A stretch of 64,000 bases of DNA from a virus, in the IMG/VR virus record IMGVR_UViG_3300045960_000093, positions 4,211 to 68,210 of that record. The stretch is one strand, 5' to 3'. The notes under the pieces were generated by a model, which saw only the letters and a program-made list of their open reading frames with translations, did not search any database and was not told the origin of the DNA. The translations under genes were made by a program, and so were the position numbers. This document shows, in pieces, positions 1 through 7,843 of the stretch. Each line of letters begins with the position of its first letter. Positions within the stretch are counted from its first letter, which is position 1.

Positions 1-1
1 C

Positions 2-1375
2 AAGGAGGACGGGTACCTGGGCCTGACGCCCCTCAAGATGACGGGCGGCAACAAAGCCTCGGTCGACGAAGAAGTCATGGAGCTGCTGGGCGCCACCAAC
101 CTGCCGGTGGCGACCAAGATCCTGGAGTGCCGCAAGCTCTACAAGACCAAGAGCACGTACCTCGAGACGCTGCGTGACTTGGCGACGTACTACCAGGATG
201 GGCGCATCCACCCCAACTTCAATCAGTTCGGAGCTCGGACGGGCCGCTTCTCAACGGACGTCCCGAACAGCCAGAACTTCCCACGTCCGGACAACGATGT
301 GTTCGGTATCCGCAAGGCGTTCTTCGCGCCCCCGGGATGCCGGCTGATCGTCTCGGACTACGAGCAGTTGGAAATGCGCATCATGGCCCACATGTCGGGC
401 GACCCGAAGATGATCCAGGCCATCCAGGAGGGGAAGGATCTCCACTCCTTCACGGTCTCGCTCATCGAAGGTCTGCCCTACGAGGCCATCATCGCGGCCA
501 AGAAGGCTGAGAGCCCGACCCCCGAGCAGAAGAAGCTCAAGGGTCTCCGGCAGGACTACAAGGCCATCGGCTTCGGCATCATCTACGGCGCCGGCCCGCC
601 CAAGATCGGGGAGCAGATCGACATCCCCGAAGAGGAGGTCAAAGCCAAGCGGGAAGAGATGCGCGTCGGCGATGACCGCTTGCACAAGAAGTACGACCGG
701 AAGAAGAAGAAGAACCCACTGCTGACGTCGGACCAGATCTACACCGCGCTGGCCAGAGAGGCGATCGCGGCCGAGAAGATCGCGTCGTACTTCCAGGCCT
801 TCCCGAACGTCAAGCAGTATATGGAACAGGTCCCGCAAGAGTGCCGCGCCCTCATGGAGCGGGACTTCTGGGGCAAGCCGCGGTACCGCCCTGTCAACAC
901 CGCCACCGGGCTGCCGGTGATGGATGATCAGGAGTACGACTGGGACATGGGGGTGTGGTCTCCGGGTGCAATCCCGCTGACGCGCACCGGCCATCCCAAA
1001 GAGTTCGGGTTCGTCCAGACTCTGTGTGGTCGATACCGTCGGCTCGAGGACATCAACCACACAAGCTTCATGTACAAAGGTGAAGCGGAGCGGCAGGCCG
1101 TCAACACGACCATCCAAGGCTCTGCTTCAGACGTCATCAAGGCCGCGATGCTGCGAATCGAGCATCACCCCAGGCTCAAGGAGCTGGGGGCCGAGATGGT
1201 CAACCAGGTGCATGACGAGCTCGTCATCATCTGTCCCGCGGAGAACGTCGAGGAAGCGTCGGCGATCGTGCGGGAGTGCATGGAGCATCCGTTCTGCCAG
1301 GGAAAGGAAGCCCTGGTCGTGCCTTTGCCGGTCGATTTGAAGGTGGTAGATCGGTGGAACGAAGCCAAGGGATGA
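2..1375 (+). CDS. polA: DNA polymerase family A, C-terminal polymerase domain (5' end lies outside the window)
   Basis: Motifs ARTGRFST, DYEQLEMRIMAH (motif A), RQDYKAIGFGIIYG (motif B), RQAVNTTIQGSASD, VHDEL (motif C); frame is open from position 2. Confidence 0.96.
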   Translation, partial: KEDGYLGLTPLKMTGGNKASVDEEVMELLGATNLPVATKILECRKLYKTKSTYLETLRDLATYYQDGRIHPNFNQFGARTGRFSTDVPNSQNFPRPDNDVFGIRKAFFAPPGCRLIVSDYEQLEMRIMAHMSGDPKMIQAIQEGKDLHSFTVSLIEGLPYEAIIAAKKAESPTPEQKKLKGLRQDYKAIGFGIIYGAGPPKIGEQIDIPEEEVKAKREEMRVGDDRLHKKYDRKKKKNPLLTSDQIYTALAREAIAAEKIASYFQAFPNVKQYMEQVPQECRALMERDFWGKPRYRPVNTATGLPVMDDQEYDWDMGVWSPGAIPLTRTGHPKEFGFVQTLCGRYRRLEDINHTSFMYKGEAERQAVNTTIQGSASDVIKAAMLRIEHHPRLKELGAEMVNQVHDELVIICPAENVEEASAIVRECMEHPFCQGKEALVVPLPVDLKVVDRWNEAKG

Positions 1376-1821
1376 TGACCATAACGGACATCGCCAAGCT
1401 CGTCGCCGGCTCCGTCGGCTCCGAGCAAGGCGTGGCCTACGGCTTTGTCCGTGCGGTGTTCGAACAGATGGCAGCGGCCCTGGACTCGGGTGCGGAGATC
1501 CGCATCCGGGGACTGGGCCGCTTCTATTGGAGGCCGTTCCACAAGACCACGACGGTCACGGGCTCGCGCCGCCGCACATACGCAAAAGGTATGAAGCTGC
1601 GGTTCGACCCGTCGGAGCAGCTCCGCAAAAGGAGAAAGATCATGAGCGAAGACGGAATGACCAAGTTGGGAGTAGTGCTGGATGACCAGAAAACGAAGAC
1701 GGCCACCAACGAGCCGGAGTCTGAAGAGCGCGTTTGTCCGCTCTGCGGCAAGACTCTGGACGACGCTGGTGCTTGTCCGGAACACGGCACAGAGCCTTTT
1801 GAGCCCGACACCGCCCCCTAG
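1372..1821 (+). CDS. HU/IHF-like DNA-binding protein with a C-terminal zinc-ribbon extension
   Basis: ATGA overlap with the polymerase stop; ALDSGAEIRIRGLGRF...KLRFDPSEQL matches the HU/IHF pattern; C-terminal CPLC...CPEH. Confidence 0.8.
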   Translation: MMTITDIAKLVAGSVGSEQGVAYGFVRAVFEQMAAALDSGAEIRIRGLGRFYWRPFHKTTTVTGSRRRTYAKGMKLRFDPSEQLRKRRKIMSEDGMTKLGVVLDDQKTKTATNEPESEERVCPLCGKTLDDAGACPEHGTEPFEPDTAP

Positions 1822-1822
1822 G

Positions 1823-2296
1823 GTGGACGAGCCCAACGGGTACGGCTGTGCGGATTGCAGGCTGGTCTACAGCCTCAACGTCTACGCGACGGGAGACGAC
1901 GAAGCTCGCTTCGCGTTCTGCCCACGATGCGGCCGCGTAGCACGACGCCTAGGTCGTCTGCCCTCTCTGGTAGAAGACGAAGGCGAGTTCTTCTTGATGG
2001 ATGATGCCGGGTTCGGCACCGGACCCTTCAACACCGAAGACGATGCCAGGAACGATCTGTTGTCCTGGTTCGAAGGAAAGGAACGTCATGAGCGCACGAA
2101 AGAAAGAGCCGGTCGAGTCATCCTCCTCCGACGAGACCCCGAAGAAGCCAAAGGTCCAGGGGCCCAAGAAGGCAGCCCCCAAGACGGAGGCCAAGCCCAA
2201 GGGGCCGACGGCCAAAGAGATGGCCGAGGAGTTCGCGTACAAGATGGCGCACGACCCGGGCTACCGGGGAAAGGTGCAGGTAAGCCTCGCGAGTGA
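1823..2296 (+). CDS. Zinc-ribbon hypothetical protein (CADC...CPRC)
   Basis: GTG just after the HU stop; two CxxC motifs; the 3' ~210 nt overlap the recA start in another frame. Confidence 0.55.
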   Translation: MDEPNGYGCADCRLVYSLNVYATGDDEARFAFCPRCGRVARRLGRLPSLVEDEGEFFLMDDAGFGTGPFNTEDDARNDLLSWFEGKERHERTKERAGRVILLRRDPEEAKGPGAQEGSPQDGGQAQGADGQRDGRGVRVQDGARPGLPGKGAGKPRE

Positions 2297-3443
2297 CTAC
2301 TCGTCGCCGTACTACCTGCGTAGGCCCACCGGAGTGTTGGGGCTCGACCTTGCGATGGGTGGCGGGTTCCCGGCCGGCGGAGGCGTCCAGATCTTCGGGC
2401 CGGGCTCGGCCGGCAAGACCTACCTGGCGTTCCGCACGGCCGGGCAGGTGCAGAAGAACTACGGTGAGGACGCGATCATCGGTATCGGGTGCTCGGAGAT
2501 TCGGCTCGACAAGGGCTTCGCCCGCCGCGCCGGCTTCTGCATCCCGTACTCCGATCGGGAGATCAACGACTACAACGCCATCAGGATCTCGCAGGGCTAC
2601 CCGCCGTTCACTCCGGAGGAGCAGGCCGACCTGCGGATGCAGATCGGTCAGGTCGTGATGCTGGCCGGGGCCAATGGCGCCGAGCTCTTGGACTCGACGA
2701 TCGCCCACATGCGGTACTTCCGCAGCTACAGCCAGCTCATCATCCTGGAGTCCCTGGGGGCGCTGTTGACCCCCGACCAGGACGAGAAGGATGTCGGCGA
2801 CCGGACGTACGGCGGCAGCTCGGGCATCATCACGACCTGGCAGAACAAGAACTACCCGCTCTACATGCTCGATGGCGAGGACGGCGAGAGCCTGAAGACG
2901 ACCATCATCGGCATCAACCAGGTGCGCGCAGTGCTCGACGGGTCGCCGCATGGGCCCAAGACTCGGCCGGCCGCCGGCGCGTGGTCCTGGGTGCACGCGC
3001 AGTTGGTGAACCTGGAGCTGAAGATCGGAGAGCCCCTCTGGGTCGACTCTCAGCACACGGCCAAGAGCGGGCACGTGGTCAAGTGGGACATCCGGAAGGG
3101 CAAGGCCGGCACCCACGATGGCATCCGCGGGGAGTACCTGTGGCACCATCTGCCGGGTCGGGACCCGGTCTTCTGGTCGGACGTCCAGAATTCGTTCGCG
3201 GACTACGGTATCGACACCGTGCGCGAGCTCGTCGACACGTCGCGCAAGATGGACGTCGTCCTACAGGGCGGCGCCTACCTGACGTTCGATGACGGCATCG
3301 GTCCTCAGGTTCGCGTCCAGGGCGAGCGCGGAGAGCCGGCGACCGAGAAGCTGGCCGTCATGGTGGCGAGCGACCCAGAGCTGGAGCTCCGGATTCGCAA
3401 CGCCTGCCTGAAGAAGGCGAACCTGACGGTGCAGTTCCGATGA
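2088..3443 (+). CDS. recA: RecA/UvsX-like recombinase
   Basis: PTGVLGLDLAMGGGFPAG, Walker A GPGSAGKT, Walker B LIILES, IIGINQVR; purine-rich RBS (GAAGGAAAGGAA) before ATG 2088. Confidence 0.92.
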   Translation: MSARKKEPVESSSSDETPKKPKVQGPKKAAPKTEAKPKGPTAKEMAEEFAYKMAHDPGYRGKVQVSLASDYSSPYYLRRPTGVLGLDLAMGGGFPAGGGVQIFGPGSAGKTYLAFRTAGQVQKNYGEDAIIGIGCSEIRLDKGFARRAGFCIPYSDREINDYNAIRISQGYPPFTPEEQADLRMQIGQVVMLAGANGAELLDSTIAHMRYFRSYSQLIILESLGALLTPDQDEKDVGDRTYGGSSGIITTWQNKNYPLYMLDGEDGESLKTTIIGINQVRAVLDGSPHGPKTRPAAGAWSWVHAQLVNLELKIGEPLWVDSQHTAKSGHVVKWDIRKGKAGTHDGIRGEYLWHHLPGRDPVFWSDVQNSFADYGIDTVRELVDTSRKMDVVLQGGAYLTFDDGIGPQVRVQGERGEPATEKLAVMVASDPELELRIRNACLKKANLTVQFR

Positions 3444-3928
3444 AGACCACCCTTCACTGTTCGGTCTGCGGCTTCAACCAGGAGCTGAAGCCAAGCGAGT
3501 CCAAGACTCGCCGGCGATATGGGCTGGAGCCCAAGTGTCCCAAGTGCCACAGCGTCATGCAGTACAACGTGTCGGAGCTCGGCACTACGGACAACCAGCG
3601 CCGCAGCCAGGCACAGGAGGAGCGTGTCGCAGCCAGGGAGGGGGCCAAGAGGCAAGCGGCCTCAGGCTCCCGCCCCGGCTACGAAGGTGACGTCCGAAAG
3701 GTCGGCGCCTACCGAGGTGAGTGCAAGTTCACCAGAGCCAAGTCCTTCGCGCTCAAGCTCGAGGTGCTTCGCCAGCTGGAGATGCAGGCCGACTACGGGG
3801 AGCTCCCTGTTCTCGACCTCGAGTTCCAAGGCAACGAGGGTCACTGGCGCTACGTCGTACTGCCGGAGTGGGCCTACGAGATCCTCATGAAGGAGTCAGG
3901 GAGACGATGCAAGACACCAACGTCCTGA
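3440..3928 (+). CDS. Zn-ribbon + PD-(D/E)XK nuclease, Holliday junction resolvase-like
   Basis: CSVC/CPKC, then QEERVA...ASGS...GDV...ECK nuclease core; ATGA-coupled to recA. Confidence 0.72.
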   Translation: MKTTLHCSVCGFNQELKPSESKTRRRYGLEPKCPKCHSVMQYNVSELGTTDNQRRSQAQEERVAAREGAKRQAASGSRPGYEGDVRKVGAYRGECKFTRAKSFALKLEVLRQLEMQADYGELPVLDLEFQGNEGHWRYVVLPEWAYEILMKESGRRCKTPTS

Positions 3929-4734
3929 GGACCTTGGAAGAGCTCGACTGGGCGCGGCAGAACAACCCTGCCGTGCTCGAGCACTACCTGGGTCAGGTCA
4001 CCATCTTGGAGGACTTGAAGAAGTACCTCCGGTTCCTCGACGACAACGAGATCACCACCACCCTGACGACGGAGCTCAAGCGCCACAAGCGAAGAGAGAA
4101 AGGGATTCACCCGTCGTCGGCCTGCAAGAAGAACGTCTGCCTGCTCAAGCTGTACTACGAGTGCACGTTCGCCATCGAGCCGGCCAAGAAGTTCGACGCG
4201 CAGTCCCAGCTGACATGGGACATCGGCACCATGCTGCACGTCATGTTGCAGACGCACCTCAAGGCTATGTACGGGGAGCAGTTCCAGTACGAGGTGCCGC
4301 TGCGTCGCGGGGCCATCAAGAGCAGCACCGATGGTCTCTTCTCCTTCACCAACTACCGCTTCATCCTGGAGATCAAATCCATCAAGGAGGGCGGCAACTT
4401 TGGGTGGGAGACCATTCAGGCGAAGCCCATGGAGGACAACGTCCGTCAGGCCCACTTCTACATGTGGCTGGCCAACGTCCCGATGGCGCTTCTGTTCTAC
4501 ATCAACAAGAACGGCAGCGAGTTCAAAGAGCACGCCGTCGTGTTCGATCCCGACACCTGGAGCGAGATCGAACGTGACGTATTGCAGCCCGTCGTCTCGA
4601 CCGTCTACGAGAACGGGCCCATGGTGCCGGCCCGCCCGGGTTGGCACTGCAAGTGGTGTGACTTCGCGCACTCGTGCCCCGAGAGAGGAGGAAAGCAGGA
4701 TGGCGACTCTGACTGGTCCGAAAAGAGGCCCTGA
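3907..4734 (+). CDS. Cas4-like/RecB-family PD-(D/E)XK exonuclease with probable Fe-S cysteines
   Basis: IHPSSAC...C, GTMLH, TDG, LEIKS, QAHFY and C-terminal CKWC..C; RBS GGGAG before ATG 3907. Confidence 0.85.
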   Translation: MQDTNVLRTLEELDWARQNNPAVLEHYLGQVTILEDLKKYLRFLDDNEITTTLTTELKRHKRREKGIHPSSACKKNVCLLKLYYECTFAIEPAKKFDAQSQLTWDIGTMLHVMLQTHLKAMYGEQFQYEVPLRRGAIKSSTDGLFSFTNYRFILEIKSIKEGGNFGWETIQAKPMEDNVRQAHFYMWLANVPMALLFYINKNGSEFKEHAVVFDPDTWSEIERDVLQPVVSTVYENGPMVPARPGWHCKWCDFAHSCPERGGKQDGDSDWSEKRP

Positions 4735-5515
4735 GGGTGGCCTCAGTACCGACATCGGCGAGATCGAAGCCATGGAGCGGTACAGCATCGTCAAGCGCGT
4801 CGAGGAGCGAATCGCTGCCTTCGGCATCACGGCGCCTGTCCGGCCCACCGTGTCCGAGGAGCAGGTCAGCTGGATACCGGGCTTGGAGGCAGGGAACTAC
4901 TTCGACGGCCGGCTGCCGTCGGTAATTCGCCGGCTGTCTCTCGACCAGCTGTCCGAGCTGCTGGGCTTGATGTCTGGCTACTACGCCTACCTGTCGTTCG
5001 TCACCAACCGGGCGGCGGCCGAGAGGTCGGAGGCGTTGCGCAAGAAGGAGTTCCTGTGGTCGTACATCCGAGACGCCGTCAAGCGCACGCCTGACGCCGC
5101 GACGGGGAAGCGGCCCACGGACCAGAGCGCGAGCGACGCTGTCCGCCACGACACCCGGTTCGTGATGGCCAGCGCCGCGTACGACGAAGCCAACTGCGTC
5201 TACGAGACGCTCAACGCCATGCTGAGGGTCACCGAGCAGGACATGAAGGTCATCTCCCGCGAGGTCACCATCCAGCAGATGAAGCTCTTCGACGGGTTCA
5301 AGGGAAGCAATCCGATGGTGGATGCTGCCCGGAGAGCCGCGCGCGAGGCGTACCAGGAGGAAGCCCATGGTGACATGGCCAGGGAATTCGCGAGGGACTT
5401 CAACCCTCGGCCCACCGCCGGGGGCTCCCACTATCCAGCTGGGGTCGAGACCGAGGGTGGCCCCGGTCCCGCACCTGCCCCGGTCGGCCGCCCGGCCATC
5501 ACGCGCCGGCGCTGA
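4700..5515 (+). CDS. Helical protein, possibly a UvsY-like recombination mediator
   Basis: Long helical core (RPTDQSASDAVRHDTRF...ISREVT) reminiscent of UvsY; near recA; RBS GAGGAGG. Confidence 0.45.
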   Translation: MATLTGPKRGPEGGLSTDIGEIEAMERYSIVKRVEERIAAFGITAPVRPTVSEEQVSWIPGLEAGNYFDGRLPSVIRRLSLDQLSELLGLMSGYYAYLSFVTNRAAAERSEALRKKEFLWSYIRDAVKRTPDAATGKRPTDQSASDAVRHDTRFVMASAAYDEANCVYETLNAMLRVTEQDMKVISREVTIQQMKLFDGFKGSNPMVDAARRAAREAYQEEAHGDMAREFARDFNPRPTAGGSHYPAGVETEGGPGPAPAPVGRPAITRRR

Positions 5516-5528
5516 GGTAGGGAGCTCC

Positions 5529-6020
5529 ATCAAGCTGACGCTACCGCTGCCCCCCTCGACGAATCACATCTACACGAGGACTCGAGGGGGCGGTGTGTCG
5601 CTGACGCATGAGGCCAATCGGTTTCGGGAGAACGTCAAGGCGGCGGTTGTCCGGCAGCTCGTGCAGATCGCGAGCCTGCCGGTCGACCCAGAGACCGTCT
5701 ACCGCGTCACTCTGCTGGCGTACTTCGACCAGCTCGAGAACCCGGGCTGGTTCAAGACCCTGACCAAGGGTCCGAGGAAGGGCGAAAGGGACGCGAAGAG
5801 CCGGTATAAGGCTCTGGATATCGACAACCGAATTAAGTTTCTGCAGGACTGCGTGGTTCGGAGCGTCGGCATCCCGAATGACAGCCAGGTGTTCGAGAGC
5901 CGGCTGGTCAAGCTCGAAGATCCAGACAACCCTCGGGCCGAGGTCACCGTCGAGGTGAGGTCTCGGGACGACTACTTCCCGAAAGGAGGACAGCATGGCC
6001 ACCAAGCTACCGAACGTTGA
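5529..6020 (+). CDS. rusA: RusA-family Holliday junction resolvase (start uncertain)
   Basis: LTLPLPPSTNHIY N-terminal motif, DIDNRIKFLQD catalytic motif, NDSQV, PRAEVTV. Confidence 0.82.
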   Translation: MKLTLPLPPSTNHIYTRTRGGGVSLTHEANRFRENVKAAVVRQLVQIASLPVDPETVYRVTLLAYFDQLENPGWFKTLTKGPRKGERDAKSRYKALDIDNRIKFLQDCVVRSVGIPNDSQVFESRLVKLEDPDNPRAEVTVEVRSRDDYFPKGGQHGHQATER

Positions 6021-6330
6021 GGTCAACCTCGAGGCCCTCAACCACTCTGAGTTGGTGCTGCTGGCCAACTGGTGCATGTTGGGCGTGACGAGGGCCGACA
6101 CGCGAGAAGCCATCATCCAGGCGTTGGAGACCATGACGCCGCTCAACACGGCGCCGGCGTTCTTCGACGAGGCGGACAGGATGAGCCGGTGGATTCAGTA
6201 CCACTGGGACGTGTTCCGCATGCAGGTCGGCAAGCGCGTGTGCCCGAACTGCATGGAGTGCCGGGATTTGCAGAACCTGGACTGCTACCAGCACAACCGG
6301 CTCAACCTCGAGGGCGCCCGTCGTGGATGA
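5995..6330 (+). CDS. Hypothetical protein with C-terminal Cys cluster
   Basis: Strong RBS AAAGGAGG; CPNCMEC..C. Confidence 0.7.
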   Translation: MATKLPNVEVNLEALNHSELVLLANWCMLGVTRADTREAIIQALETMTPLNTAPAFFDEADRMSRWIQYHWDVFRMQVGKRVCPNCMECRDLQNLDCYQHNRLNLEGARRG

Positions 6331-7609
6331 GCTGATCCCCATCTGCTTGTATTGCAGCAAGCTGGTGCACTGCCCGCTCCTCTCCGACTCCGGAGGGAAG
6401 TGCGTGGAAGAAAGGCTCATCACGGCAGAGCGCTACCGTGAGTGCCCGGACTGGACTCCGATCCAGTACGCGAAGAAAAAGGTCAGAGACAAGATGTACA
6501 ACATCTCTGGGCTGGGGTATCTGCGATGCGCCCATTCGGAGTTCCCCGACCAGGAAACCAGCCTCACGCTAGACGAAGGAGCGCTGTATGCGATGATCAT
6601 GGAACGAGAAAGGCCTGACTTCTACTCGATGCTCTACGAGGGCATCACGACAACGGAGCGCGACACGCAGCTTCGTTTCCAGACCGACGAGAACGGCCAG
6701 ATCAAGGTCGTCGTAGGTCCGGACGGTACCGAGATTCCGCTGGTGCGGCCGAACTACGAGCTCATGGGGTACGCGATGGCCCCAGAGGGTCCGATCTGCG
6801 CCGGCCGCAACGTCATGTTCTCCAGCGTCAACGAAATCATCGAGCACATTCTGAAGACCGAGGTGGCGGCCGGTCTTGTCATCAAAGCCAAGAAACCAAA
6901 GGCGGAAACGCCCCAACCCGAGGAAAGGGAGACCGTAGATATGCCTCCAGCCAAAGGAACCCCAGTTCAGACCCGTGTTGTCACCAACCGTCCCGGCCCG
7001 AGCGTCGCCCCGACGCCCGGCAACGTCCGTCCGCCGGCGCAAGCCGCGGCTCCGGGCCCGCGTCGGGCCAACCCGAAGCCCCCGGCCGGCGCTCCCGCGC
7101 AAGCCGCGGCTCCGGCGCCGGCGTCGTTGCCCAAGCCCAAGCCGGTGCAGACCAGCGGCCCCGCGGTCGGTGGTCGGGTGTCGAATCCCGTTCGGCGTCC
7201 GGGGCCGCAGCCCCAGCCGCAGGTGCAGGAGCAGCAGGCTCCCGAAGAGGTCGCGGCGCAGTCGGCGATCGACCTCGAGGGCCTGGCCGTCATGACGGCG
7301 AACGTCATGGAGGCCAAGACGGCGGCGCAGATCGAGGCGCTCCGCGGCGAGCTCCTGGGCGCCATCGACCACGCCAAGAGCCAGCTGGCTGACATGCTGG
7401 CCATCGCGTTCGACATGGCGGTGCAGACCAACGGCACCTACCAGTACGCGCAGATGGACGACAAGAACAACTACGTGGTCGACGACCAGGGCAACCCCGT
7501 CATGGTGTCGCTGCCGCAGATCAGCCGCAAGAAGGGCCGTCTGCTCAGCTTCGCCGACCAGTCGGCCTACACGGCGCCCGACGAGGAAGGCCAAGCCCAG
7601 GGGGAATAG
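6323..7609 (+). CDS. Hypothetical protein: Cys-rich N-terminus, Pro/Ala-rich linker, helical C-terminus
   Basis: 428-aa ORF overlapping the upstream gene, with GC3-rich codons. Confidence 0.8.
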   Translation: MDELIPICLYCSKLVHCPLLSDSGGKCVEERLITAERYRECPDWTPIQYAKKKVRDKMYNISGLGYLRCAHSEFPDQETSLTLDEGALYAMIMERERPDFYSMLYEGITTTERDTQLRFQTDENGQIKVVVGPDGTEIPLVRPNYELMGYAMAPEGPICAGRNVMFSSVNEIIEHILKTEVAAGLVIKAKKPKAETPQPEERETVDMPPAKGTPVQTRVVTNRPGPSVAPTPGNVRPPAQAAAPGPRRANPKPPAGAPAQAAAPAPASLPKPKPVQTSGPAVGGRVSNPVRRPGPQPQPQVQEQQAPEEVAAQSAIDLEGLAVMTANVMEAKTAAQIEALRGELLGAIDHAKSQLADMLAIAFDMAVQTNGTYQYAQMDDKNNYVVDDQGNPVMVSLPQISRKKGRLLSFADQSAYTAPDEEGQAQGE

Positions 7610-7791
7610 CCCCTGCCCCGAACCACGGGGCCCCTGACACCGACGGCATCGTCGTGAGGTCAGAAGAGCTGTCCTCCATGCCGATGGAGCAGCTCCAAGC
7701 CCTCGCCGACGCCGTAGGCGTTGGGTACCTGGGCCTCGACGAAGAGGCCCTGAGGGCGAAGCTGGTTCTCGAAGGAGAGCCTGTTGTTTGA
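7600..7791 (+). CDS. -1 frame extension encoding a Rho-N/HeH-like helical module (candidate frameshift product)
   Basis: Open -1 frame GIAPAPNHGAPDTDGIVVRSEELSSMPMEQLQALADAVGVGYLGLDEEALRAKLVLEGEPVV* from the GGGGGAA heptamer to just before a terminator. Confidence 0.6.
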   Translation, partial: GGIAPAPNHGAPDTDGIVVRSEELSSMPMEQLQALADAVGVGYLGLDEEALRAKLVLEGEPVV

Positions 7792-7794
7792 CAC

Positions 7795-7834
7795 AAGCCC
7801 CCGCCTGGGTTCGCCTGGGCGGGGGCTTTCGTTT
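7795..7834 (+). terminator. Intrinsic terminator
   Basis: AAGCCCCCGCCTGGG-TTCG-CCTGGGCGGGGGCTT hairpin followed by TCGTTT. Confidence 0.8.
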
Positions 7835-7843
7835 GGAGCGCCC

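Noticed and set aside
590-1010. Inteins or introns in polA (and in recA)
   Set aside because: Inserts are short, lack C/S...HN termini, and the frames are uninterrupted
3907-4734. Cas4 as part of a CRISPR-Cas locus
   Set aside because: No repeat-spacer array or other cas genes seen; the context is phage recombination
6927-6934. GGGAGACC (also on the - strand upstream of 10455 and 51869) as a T7-like promoter tail
   Set aside because: No upstream T7 consensus; explained as Shine-Dalgarno context
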